This document shows positions 10,421-22,000 of a stretch of 37,926 nt of DNA, one piece after another. The notes beneath the pieces are model-generated. The model was given only the letters and a program-made list of their open reading frames with translations. It was not told where the DNA came from and did not search any database. This DNA comes from Perkinsus chesapeaki ATCC PRA-425. Its lineage: Eukaryota > Protista > Perkinsozoa. Every line of letters starts with the position of its first letter. Position 1 is the stretch's first letter. Position numbers and translations under genes: made by a program. The stretch covers positions 1 to 37,926 of the forward strand of contig JAAPAO010000340.1 of NCBI GenBank assembly GCA_013115145.1, read 5' to 3'.

Positions 10421-11728
10421 CTTAGATGTGATATAAAAAGATAGAATTGCGTTGAGTGACCATCCAATACTCTCAATGATAGCTGAGACGAACCAGAAGC
10501 CACTCCTGAGAAGTGGCTAGTGATAATAAGCGATGGAGATACAAGAGTATCTCACGTTTGCCTATCGAGCATAGCATCGCTCATAAAGCCTTCTATACTG
10601 CCACACGGTACTGTGGCGAAACATATCATTATTATCTGAATAAATATATTAGTGAAAGGAGACGGAAAAGCAAATAAGTAACTGAGTTGAATTGTATAAG
10701 ATTCTTATCATAAGAATGAATTGACTTGGATCTTTAGTGACAAAAAACCGAAACCCAAACCCGTATAAGTGGAGTGAGCAGAACTTACAGTCATAAGTGT
10801 TTGAGCAAACCGAAATGCATCAAGATTATCGGTTGTAGCTTCAGCAAGGCCTCTGATACCCTAAAACACCAAGACTTAGCAGTGACGGATGACAAGCTGG
10901 TCCACTTACTTGGTAAAATCCATAGAAAGCGAGACTGCCAAATATCACGGCATTCAAAATAGCATACAGAAGGCGCACCTGCCACCACGAAGTCATAGGG
11001 GAGCATCGGATGGTAGGTCCAGGAAAGAGTTGCATTTCAAGAATCATTCCGACCTACCCTTGACCTGGCAAGTCCCAAAAATCTGCGGAAGACCGCTACT
11101 GGTCATCATATCCGTAGATGATGCCATGCTTGCGCATCCCTGAGGCTAGCGCGCGCCCAGATAATCGATTACCCAACAAAGCGCGGACGACTCGAAGAAA
11201 ATTTTATGGGTTTTCCCAAGTGAAACTACTCATCAAGCTTATTTCCTCCCCGTGAGTATCACCACTACCAGTTTTTTTAAACGACGAAAAACCTCGGAAT
11301 GTGACTTACCTTTTCTGCATGTTCAAAAAACGCGACCACAACGATCGTATCCACTATGTTGAGTGCAAAAAGCGCGAAAGTAGCCTTCAGTGTCACATGA
11401 CATAACCGCGCCGATTCCCGCACCTTGCAAAAGCATACCAACATTATTTCCTTCGCGAAAGCCCACCTCGCCTTGCGGCACATCGCCGAGGTCAAAATGT
11501 ATTATATTGAGAAATGGAGGGTAGTTGAAGTCACACCAATCGATCACTCGGATGGGCACCTCCTCAATATCAGTTATACTGGCTCGCGTAGACGATGAGC
11601 TCGCACTGTTGAAACGGTCAAGGCGCAGCATACCCAAGCTCTCCTACACAAACTGATGATCTTCAACAGCGCGATTTGCCACGTACCAAATCACTGTCCT
11701 TCCTCTCCTTCTTGCCGACGTCGGACAT
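10421..11728 (-). CDS. SCAMP-like four-TM protein S1, best-preserved copy (possible 1-nt lesion at the exon 6/7 join)
   Basis: Exons 11728-11687, 11643-11467, 11423-11310, 10978-10910, 10860-10789 (all phase 0), then 10635-10556 and 10516-10421. Protein: MSDVGKKERKDSDLESLG...VIDWCDFNYPPFLNIIHFDLGDVPQGEVRESARLCHVTLKATFALFALNIVDTIVVVAFF...VRLLYAILNAVIFGSLAFYGFYQGIRGLAE...FRFAQTLMTIIMICFATVPCGSIEGF...FWFVSAIIESIGWSLNAILSFY. The NxPP motif followed by 4 TM fits SCAMP topology. Exon 6 ends in phase 2 but exon 7 needs phase 0. Confidence 0.7.
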
Positions 11729-12136
11729 ACCGTGACGAAATTCAAATTGAGAAAATCAACGCTGCCCAACAAGATAAATACCGTAACGGTTAAGACGGAA
11801 TCCATCTCCGGGAATTTCCTTCCCCCATCGCGCTCGAAAATGCCAACCAGGGCGGAATTCCGACCAACGCGCAAAGTCGGGCGCGCGCGTTCTATATGCA
11901 AATCTCGCTCGCCCCGCGCGTCTGCACATTACGCGCGTTCAGTGATCGCAATGTTAGCGGAATTTCGGATTTTTGGTGATAGGACTTTTTAGGGCATTTT
12001 AAAGTCTATTATGGACTTATCGGTGATAACTGGTCATAGTATAGGGTTTTCAATGCAGTGTTTGAGGCTAGGGGGCACTAAGGCAGCTCAGTGGTCGCAG
12101 GGTTACGTTGTTACCATTTTCAGTATAATTGGTTGC
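11729..12136. promoter_or_regulatory. Putative bidirectional promoter, copy b
   Basis: Homologous to 5141-5586; gtcgggcgcgcgcg at ~11877. Confidence 0.4.
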
Positions 12137-12779
12137 ATGCTGCACATCAATATCATTATCTCCTTCGCCTATCATATAATTATGATGCAACCGGCCTCTG
12201 CTGCTCCCCTGGCCCAAAGCAGCAACTTAAGGTACGTTGTCGATTTGCCCTCCTATTTCACATGCCCTTTCAATTTCAGACGCTACGATCATCCCCCTGT
12301 TGAGGGCCGCCGCCTCCCAGATGAACCTCAGGAGTCCTTCGACCCTATCCTCAAAGGGCTTCCTGAGTAAGCCTACTCCAATTAGGCGTATTCGCAGGAA
12401 TCTTTTTCCCTCAGGATCAATGCGCCGAGCTCCGGTAAGGTACAAGCGTACGCTATAGTTAATCTAGTCCTCGGCGCTATCTCGTGCATCCTCACGTGCG
12501 CTTGTTGGATTCAGAATACTATATGGTAAGGCCGATAGAAAAACGCCTCGTTTCAGACTCTTCCTCTTCAGCTTTTGCAAGCTCTGCTTCGCCTGCTGTT
12601 TGCCCTCATACAGGAAGAAATGGGTTGCCAAAAACCTTCAGGTGGTCCAGCCTCCTCCAACACCCAAGCACGGTCGTAACGTCTCTGAGGCCTCGACAGC
12701 CGCTGATGTTGTTATTGAATTGGAGGAAGGTGGCAAAAATGAGGAGAGGGAAGTTGGGGATGATCAAACTCGCATCTAA
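12137..12779 (+). CDS. Gene X copy 2 (166 aa, intact)
   Basis: Exons 12137-12231, 12280-12366, 12415-12525, 12572-12779; same phases as copy 1 and no stops. Confidence 0.85.
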
Positions 12780-12977
12780 TTGTGATAGGTATAATCGTCC
12801 ATAATATATTATAATTACAGTAAGTCGATGAACGCCCGGCACTAATTTGTCAAAAGGATTATCTTCAGATCCGTCTGACACCGTGGACCCCAAGGCCCGG
12901 CAGACAAGGAAATCTCGACCTGCACCATTTAAGAGTTGTGACTACTATCGATTCGAAAATATCGTATTATCGTTATA

Positions 12978-13830
12978 ATGAAATATCTATTATTTTGTGC
13001 ACTCATGTGCAAGAATATATCGTCTCTCGTTCGCTGCATCTTACATGGCTTATCTCGTGGTTGTTATATTATTCCTATTATTGAGTTAATAGTGGGCTTA
13101 ATCGCGGTGGCTTACTTCGCTACACAGTACTCCACATTTCTTGGAGGGATTCACCTATATAGGTTATGCCGAGAACCGTTGTATTCGGCCAGGTGAGAAA
13201 TTGAACTAATTTCCGCGTTGGCGAGCCACTTTTCTGATGCACAGCTAGGAAGTCAACCAATCTCTCAACAAATGCAATATCTGAAGAATTATTTTCCGAA
13301 AATGTCTTGAGTGTGTTTACAAGTTTTGTAACTCGGTTTCTGAATTTTGTAATACGAAATTTTAAAACCGAGTTTCGAGAATCGAGAAATTTTCCATACC
13401 AGCACAGAGGCACTCTCAAGAGCTTTCACTAGTCGCCAAGATATTCCAAATAAACAGATTTTGCAGATCGCTCTGTGGTACTTAAGGAACATCCTATTGA
13501 AGACGTTAAAGAATATACAACACGTCAGGTTGCAGTGAGCCCTAAAACTGGCAGAAAACTCACTCAATTTGAACGAGGAGTAACAATTTGACGACATAAT
13601 CACTACGAGCGAGTAACATACAGTACAAGGGGGCTTTGATCGGGCTGCCATTGGCAAATTCAGAAGTATAAGCTGCCATTCGATCGGAAACGAGTGGTAC
13701 GCCCGCATATCATTATACTTTTCGATAGACCTATGAATTTCCGAGGCAACGGCGCCTTGCATGTCTCAATTCGCCAGTGGTAACTCGACCAAACCTTCGT
13801 TGGACAGTTCCTCCGATAGGATTGTACTAT
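12978..13830 (+). pseudogene. Degenerate gene Y, copy 2
   Basis: Homologous to 6431-7430, with indels. Confidence 0.3.
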
Positions 13831-13868
13831 TAGAGCTCCTCTTCTAGAATACATTATATCGGCCTCAT

Positions 13869-15489
13869 TTAGACAGTTAACCTCGCCAGATTAACCTAGA
13901 TGATTTTGTGCTCGCTCCGAAAGTCCTCCTGGCTTACCTTAGATATGATATAAAAAAAGATAGAATTGCGTTGAGTGACCATCCAATACTCTCAATGATA
14001 GTTGAGACGAACCAAAAGCCACTCCTGAGAAGTGGCTAGTGATAATAAGCGATGGAGATACAAGAGTATCTCACGTTTGCCTATCGAGCATAGCATCGCT
14101 CATAAAGCTTCTATACTGCCACATGGTACTGTGGCGAAACACACCATTATTATCTGAATAAATATATTAGTGAAAAGAGTGGGAGAAGCTCGGACTAGTG
14201 CAGAGCTCAAAACAGGAACATAAGACTATCTAGGAGGAGTGCAATAGGCCTTTGTGACGGGGCTCGCTCGTCGCTCACCTAGTGCTCTGGTGGTGCGAGC
14301 GAGTGATCAAATCGGGCGGGAACGATTACGAGAAGAAGTCGCGGGTTCGAATCCCACAGGCTGCAAGTTTTTGCGCTTTTACTCGACACACGGGGTAGAT
14401 TCCAGAAACAACAAATTTTCTAGGTATCCTCAGACAAAGGGAAATCTTTTCGTGTATAGACTGTCAGCTAGTTCGCTCTGGTTATCGGGAAATAATTCGT
14501 ACGCACGCACGCACGGCGAAATGATCCGTTTCCAGATAATAAGCTCCGCTTGCTTCGCTCGATTCGCAATTACAATTGAATTTCTTTACCTAATTATGGC
14601 AATACCTAATTTTATTTAGAAATGAGGTAGGGATTTGTAACTAAGAATAACTTATTATTAAATAAATTAGATCAGTGTAGTATGGATCTATTTAGATTTC
14701 CAGTAAATAAAAATCTGAAACCCAAACCCGTATAAGTGGAGTGAGCAGAACTTACAGTCATAAGTGTTTGAGCAAACCGAAATGCATCAAGATTATCGGT
14801 TGTAGCTTCAGCAAGGCCTCTGATACCCTAAAACACCAAGACTTAGCAGTGACGGATGACAAGCTGGTCCACTTACTTGGTAAAATGCATAGAAAGCGAG
14901 ACTGCCAAATATCACGGCATTCAAAATAGCATACAGAAGGCACAGCTGCCATCAGGGAGTCATAGAAGAGCATCGGAACCTAGGCCCAGGGAAGAATTGA
15001 ATTTCAAGAATCAATCCAACAAGCGCGGACGAGCCCAAGTAGATTTTTTTTCAAACGCCGAAAAACCTCGGAATCTGCCTGCCTCTTCAAAAAACGCGAC
15101 AACGATCGTGTCCACTATGTTGATTACAAAAAGCGCAAAACGTAGCCTTCAGTGTCACATGACATAACCGCGCCGATTCCCGCACCTTGCAAAAGCATAC
15201 CAACATCGATTCCTTCCCAAAGCCTACCTGGCCTTGCGGCACATCGCCGAGGTCAAAATGTATTATATTAAGAAATGGAGGGTAGTTGAAGTGACACCAA
15301 TCAATCACTCGGATGGGCACCTCCTCAATATCAGTTATACTGGCTCGTGCAGACGATGAGCTTGCACTATTGAAACGGTCAAGGCGCAGCATGCCCAAGC
15401 TCTCCTACACAAACTGATGATCTTCAACAGCGCGATTTGCTACCTACCAAATCGCTGTCTTTCCTTTCCTTCTCGCCGACATCAGACAT
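13869..15489 (-). pseudogene. SCAMP-like S1, copy c (frameshifts in exons 3 and 6; SINE-like insert in intron 5; last exon VNLARLTV*)
   Basis: Synonymous divergence from copy b in exons 1-2, a +1 shift in exon 3 (gctacgttttgcg) and a -1 shift in exon 6 (gaagctttatga). Confidence 0.75.
14260..14580 (+). mobile_element. tRNA-derived SINE-like element
   Basis: B-box/T-arm GTCGCGGGTTCGAATCCCACAGGCTGCA followed by a ~240-bp body nearly identical to 20200-20450 (opposite strand). Absent from the paralogous introns of S1 copies a and b. Confidence 0.62.
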
Positions 15490-15912
15490 ACGGTCACCAA
15501 ATTCAAATTGAAAAGTCAACGCTGCCCAACGAGATGAACATCGTAACGGTTAAGACGTAACCCGTCTGTGGAAATTTCCTTCCCCCCATCGCGCTCGAAA
15601 ATACCAGCCATGACGGAATTCCGACCAGAGCGCGAAACTGGGCGCGCGCGCTCCTACTGCAAATATCGCTCGCCTCGGCGCGTCTGCACATCACGCGCGT
15701 TTAGTGATCGCAATGTTAGCGAAATTTCGGATTTTTGGTGATAGGACTTTTTAAGGTATTTTAAAGTCTATTATGGACTTATCGGTGATACCTGATCACA
15801 GTATAGGGTTTTTAATGCCTTGTTTGAGGCTAGTTGGGCACTAAGGCAGCTCAGTGGTCGCACGCTTGCATTCTTATCATTTTCAGTATAATTGATCGCA
15901 CGCTTTATAAGC
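15490..15912. promoter_or_regulatory. Putative bidirectional promoter, copy c
   Basis: Homologous to 5141-5586; ctgggcgcgcgcgc at ~15639. Confidence 0.4.
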
Positions 15913-16538
15913 ATGCTGAACAGCACCATCATAATTTCAATAATTACGATGCAACTTGTCTCTGCTGCTCCCCTGGCTCAAAGCAGCAATTTAAGGTATA
16001 TTGTCCATTTGCCCTCCTGTTTCGCATTTCAATTTCAGAGGCTACGATCATCCCCCTGTTGAGGGCCGCCGCGTCTCAGATGAACCTCAGGAGTCCTTCG
16101 ACCCTATCCTCAAAGGGCTTCCTGAGTAAGCCTACTCCAATCTGGCAAATTCGCAGGAACTTTTTCCCCTCAGGATCAATGCCCCGAGCTCTGGTAAGGT
16201 ACAAGCGTACGCTATAGTTAATCTAGTCCTCGGCACTATCTCGTGTATCCTCACGTGCGCTTGTTGGATACAGAATACTATATGGTAAGACCGATAGAAA
16301 AACGCCTCGTTTCAGACTCTTCCTCTTCAGCTTTTGCAGGCTCTGCTTCGCCTGCTGTTTGCCCTCATACAGGAAGAAATGGGTTGCCAACAACCTTCAG
16401 GTCGTCCAGCCTCCTCCAACACCCAAGCACGGTCGTAACGTCTCTGAGGCCTCCACAGCCGCCGACGTTGTTATTGAATTGGAGGAAGGTGGCAAAAATG
16501 AGGAGAGGGAAGTTGGGGATGATCAAACTCGCATCTAA
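15913..16538 (+). CDS. Gene X copy 3 (162 aa, intact)
   Basis: Exons 15913-15995, 16039-16125, 16174-16284, 16331-16538. Signal peptide is 4 aa shorter, in frame. Confidence 0.85.
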
Positions 16539-16736
16539 TTGTGATAGGTATGATCGTCCATAATATATTATAATTACAGTAAGTCGATGAACGCCCGGCA
16601 CTAACTTGTCAAAAGGATTATTGTCAGATCCGTCTGACACCGTGGACCTCAAGGCCCGGCAGACAAGAAAATCTCGACCTGCACCATTTAAGAGTTGTGA
16701 CTACTATCGATTCGAAAATATCGTATTATCGTTATA

Positions 16737-17190
16737 ATGAAATATCTATTATTTTTTGCACTCATGTGCAAGAATATATCGTCTCTCGTTCGCTGCATCT
16801 TACATGGCTTATCTCGTGGTTGTTATATTATTCCTATTATTGAGTTAATAATGGGCTTAATCGCGGTGGCTTACCTCGCTACACAGTACTCCACATTTCT
16901 TGGAGGGATTCACCTATATAGGTTATGCCGAGAACGGTTGTATTCGGCCAGGTGAGAAATTGAACTAATTTCCGCGTTGGCGAGCCACTTTTCTGATGTG
17001 CAGCCAGGAAGTCACTCAATCTGTCATTTGAAAAAGGGAAATGAGTTCGCCGGGGATCGAAAAATGTAACACTTCAGCCTAACAGTCTTCACCAACATCA
17101 ACAACTTTTGGTTGTAACCAAAACTTTGTAACTTTTGGTTTTGTTGTTCACCAACAACAAGGTTTGTAACATAACAACGCAATTCATACA
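16737..17190 (+). pseudogene. Gene Y copy 3, 3'-truncated
   Basis: Homology to 6431-6870 ends at ~17190. Confidence 0.3.
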
Positions 17191-18194
17191 GCCTCACCAA
17201 CTGCGAAATGTGAGAAATTATTCCGAAAAATGTTTCAAATGTGTTAACGAATCATACCAAATTTCTGAAACCGTTTCAAAACCGAATTTCTCGCCCGAGA
17301 TATTTTTCATACCGCAGTGAAGATGATATGTAAGAAATGCCAAATGTTTCCCAGCTCCAACCGAGGGATTATTTAAACCAACACAACAATAATGATAGTC
17401 AACCACCACAGCAATTCGGTCAATACTACGCATTGCACTGGTCTATAGGGGGCGATTGCCGCCGAGATAATTGTTATCTAGACACTTTGAGGGTAAACAG
17501 TGCTAGACATAATTATACAATAACTTAGACCCCTAGATCAATCAGCATCATCAACTTGCATTCTCAAATGCTTGCATCAACAACTTCCCATTTTCTATGG
17601 GGACCTTCTGAGCTTGCAGCTTTGCCGCACGTGCACCTAAGATAATACCAAGAATTCATTCCAATTCGTGCCGGAAATCAGCGAAGAGAGTCCACCAATT
17701 TAGACTACCACGTCTTCAGGAATGCTGAAAGCTGAGACTTGAAAGGCATATTCAACGCTATAAAAGACCAATATTCTCCAAGCGAAGGCCTCAGGGCTAC
17801 AAATCTGATGGCAGGGTGGTCACAGAAACGTCTGGATTGATGTATCTTCATAGCTGTATCGGTTGGCTCCCCCCATAGTAAACATTTACAGGGTCTTCTA
17901 GTTCGTCATGCAGAAACGTGATTGGTTTTACGCGAACCCTGGTTATCTTACACGGTCATAAATTAGCTTGGATACGCCCTAGGATGCCCGAACTGGACGA
18001 TATATATGATTTTACAAGATGATCCCAATCGGTTGTGGACAACTGTCTTCACTTGCCAACCGTTATATATGGTTGCCCTTTTATACCCAAAAGCACTTAC
18101 GTTAAATCACGTATCGCATCTCTGACACTTTCCCGCACAAAACGGACAACGTCATGGCAATCAAAGTAAGCTTCATTGAATTGGAACCTAAAGG

Positions 18195-18751
18195 TAACCT
18201 AGTAACCTAATAACCTAATAACCTAGTAACCTAGTAACCTAGTAACCTAGTAACCTAATAACCTAATAACCTAATAACCTAGTAACCTAATAACCTAGTA
18301 ACCTAGTAAGCTAGTAAGCTAGTAAGCTAATAACCTAGTAACCTAGTAAGCTAGTAAGCTAATAACCTAGTAACCTAATAACCTAGTAACCTAGTAACCT
18401 AATAACCTAATAACCTAATAACCTAGTAACCTAGTAAGCTAGTAAGCTAATAACCTAATAACCTAGTAAGCTAGTAAGCTAATAACCTAGTAACCTAGTA
18501 AGCTAGTAAGCTAGTAAGCTAGTAAGCTAGTAAGCTAGTAACCTAATAACCTAGTAAGCTAGTAACCTAGTAACCTAGTAAGCTAGTAAACTAGTAACCT
18601 AGTAACCTAGTAAGCTAGTAAGCTAGTAACCTAGTAACCTAGTAAACTAGTAACCTAGTAACCTAGTAAGCTAGTAACCTAGTAACCTAGAAACCTAGTA
18701 AGCTAGTAAGCTAGTAAGCTAATAACCTAGTAAGCTAGTAAGCTAGTAAGC
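18195..18751. repeat. 8-bp tandem satellite, ~70 units, consensus TAA(C/G)CTA(G/A)
   Basis: Contiguous taacctag / taacctaa / taagctag / taagctaa units, with rare taaactag. Confidence 0.97.
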
Positions 18752-19009
18752 ACTATTTGTTTCTTCTTTGTTACCTAAGACCCCACTCGCTTCCTGGTAT
18801 TGTCTCTTCAGCATAAACATGCATTGGGGAGCTACTGGCTCGCCCTGGTCCTTCAAACATCATTCTACTGTACCTGCAGCAGATAACAACGACGAATAAG
18901 AAGAAGACAGCAATAATACAATTATTATACAAATAATCGCCAAGGAGAAAATGTTGACAGTAAATTTATAATTTTATTACAATGCAAATGCGTATTATTG
19001 GCACATAAG

Positions 19010-22000
19010 CTATCTAGCAGTGCCAAGGAATCGAGTCACAACTTTGAAGACCTTCATAGATGGGAGTGTGGAGTGTAAAAAAGCGCAAGTTTCATACGGC
19101 CTCTTCCTCTTCCATAAAATGCAGTTGATCGAAGAGTTGATCTACCGTGGTTCTTCTCGCCATTATTTCCGATCTCCAGCAAGCTTTATTAAAATGATTC
19201 ACCCCAGCTTACGTCGGCACATTAGTTATCCTACAGTGACCGTCAACATCATCATTATCATCATCACTTGCTTCCTCACTGCCACGATAATGTGGTGAAT
19301 TATGGGGTATTAAATTGACCACCAAAGGGAATATATCATTGCCTTTATTATCCTTAATAAGACAATCACTGTGATCATACCTGATTGAGCATGTTGGTAG
19401 CATCCAGCATCAAAAGCAATTCAAAGCTGTTATATAATGTTAATTATAATTGCGAAGCAAGCGAAGCGTATACTCTCAGTTTCCTAATACTTTGTGCGTG
19501 CGTGCGAACATTATCCAGCAGCTCGATGATCTAGTGGAGCTATCCACCATCCGATAGCTCTTGCTCCGGGTATACCAGGAAAGGTACGAAAGTTGGTTCT
19601 GATTATATCTTGAAGGTTTGCGGGCCAAGATATATTTTTTCCGCAGGAAAATTATCGGCCTGGGGATCGAGCCTGCGACCATCCAACAGAATTTACTGAT
19701 CATTCGCCGAGCTCTGTCCCTTCAAAAAGGTGTAGCAATTACCACATGAATGAACGTCAAGGTTACTGTATAATCAATATAATATGCTAACCATATAAAT
19801 GGCCCTCAAAAGACGTTCTAAGTCACTTCAAGCGCTAATCGTAGTGGTGGTATTCCCAACAATGCTCGACAGTAGCTTACAATGTGTAGTCATGTGACTT
19901 CCATTTCCTCATCCTTATCCTTGTCGATAACTCATATACAAAATCATTTACACTGCTGCTCGAGTGTGTGGGGAATAACCCCATGTCGCGATAGTCAGAA
20001 AAGAAGGCCACCATATCTTGGGTGCAATACTCCACCTGAGCCAGTGTGAAATTTTGCACAAATTCTGTCTCCTCGACGAACTGAGCTGTCGTATCGATCA
20101 GCTAAATAATTCTTAATCCCACCGGAAACCAATATATAAGCATACTAAGTACTAAAGCATAAGATACAGTATATAAGTATATTACAGTGAACTTACTATA
20201 GTTACGGAGCAAGCGGAGTTTATTATCTGGAAACGGATCATTTCGCCGTGCCGTGCGTGCGTACGAATTATTTCCCGATAACCAGAGCGAACTAGCTGAT
20301 AGTCTATACACGAAAAGATTTCCCTTTGTCTGAGAATACCTAGAGAAATTGCAAACTTTGAAAGCTACGGTGTGTTGAGTAGAAGCGGAAAAGCATTTTT
20401 TGCGGAAAATGCAGCCTGTGGGATTCGAACCCACGACTTCTTCTCCAGCTCATTACCGTCCGGGTGCATTTAATAATAGTCGTCAAATAAAGCGCTAAAC
20501 GTGCACTGAATATGGTAGAAGAGTTTTCTAGGAAATCACTATTAACTTCGAGCCCCTTAATTTGCGGCGAATTATCTGCGCACGATATCGTTTCGTCGCT
20601 AAGCCACTTCGTCACGAAGCCCTAGTAAGTAGTATTGAATTTCAATGCTAAGCGCCGCAGAGCCATTAGATTTTCGTGCGGCGTGGGAGCTCATCATCAT
20701 TAAATCACTTCATATGAACCTACCTCATCCCGGAGAGTCTGCATTAGATTGAGGGATACCCAGGACCATTTCTGGAATCTTGATAGTGACAATAATACCA
20801 CAGCAAGAACCATAACCTGACAACAAATACCTACACCGAACACTGAAATTTGACAACTATAATTAAAGGTTATAAACTAGCCATTTGACAACGTGACAAG
20901 GTAACTATTCAACAGTTTATCGGTTCGACAAATTGAAAATTTAATATTTATCAACTTAACAGTTTCACAATCACAACTTAGCCATTTTATTTAAGTAAAA
21001 ATTGTCACTAACAATGTAACAAAGTTAACAATTAAATGGATACTATCACCTATCAACTTCGTAGGTTTACTCCAACACGTGCGATAAATTTTTCCCTATC
21101 CCGAAAAATCGTAAATTTCCGGCGAAATTTCTTCCAATAATTTCCGTTCTCCCAACACCACTATACCCCCACGCCTCACCTCGATCGACACAGCCATCTC
21201 CCTTCCAGCAGCTGCAAGTGCCTCCACTGTGCCTAAAATAACTCTACTGAAAAATTTCCCAAAAAATTTTCCCACTTTTTTCCAGCCATAAAGTTCGTCT
21301 TTTTATAGTTCCTCTGTCCCAGCTATGCCACTCCTCCAAAGGCTGCTCAAAGTTATATCCACAACTCGTTCCAGGTCGCATATCAAAAGTATCTTTCAGC
21401 CGTTTCTCGAGAATCCTGTACGGATTGAGTTCCACCGGGCTTTTCTCCGGTTTGTTAATAAACCTCTCAAAGTCCATCACCAACGGCAAGACACAGTAGC
21501 CGTCAGACAGCAAGTGCGTCGTTTTAATGTACAAATAATTTACGTTCGCCCCAGCATTTTCGGGGCGCATCAGGAAAACTTGAAATGGTGGTTCGAAAGG
21601 ATATTCCCGCCAGAGAGCTTCCGTGGCCTTCACCGCGTCTCTAGTTCCGCTTCCCTTGAAGGTATACTCGATAACCATCGGCCCTCCAGCGTCACTGCGC
21701 ACCGAAATTCTCGGCCACAATTGGTAGACGCACCAGCTAAGCCATCGGCCGAACCTGGTTTCGTGCCCCCATCCGCGGAGATGGAAGTATCCAACAGCTC
21801 TGGTCAGAATTGAGATCGTGGAATCCATGTCGGCATCGATCGGATATGATCGAAGCGATGGATGCTTTTTAACAATCGCCTCAACCGCGGATTGAACCCG
21901 GGTCGTCTCCAATGGAGCGCTAGACTCCAGCAACCAGTCGCACACCGCACTTGTCCACAAGCTTTCATTCGTATAAACCGCGTACTCCTTGCCGCTCGCA

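Larger units (their letters stand above)
2690..17190. repeat. Mosaic tandem segmental duplication, ~3.5 copies of a multi-gene cassette
   Basis: Direct homology: 2748-2975~8580-8835; 3275-4340~8850-9880; 4600-7470~10760-13850~14725-17190; partial copy 7590-8400; 10410-10660~13928-14175; 4330-4395~14185-14245. Confidence 0.93.
19010..22000 (-). other. Condensation (CoA-dependent acyltransferase fold) domain
   Basis: VQSAVEAIVKKHPSLRS; YIKTTHLLSDGYCVLPLVMDF (HxxxDG); TVEALAAAGREMAVSIE|VMVLAVVLLSLSRF; DMVAFFSDYRD. Confidence 0.8.

Noticed and set aside
17200-18190. Short peptide-like frames between the last cassette and the satellite
   Set aside because: No consistent splicing model or motif.
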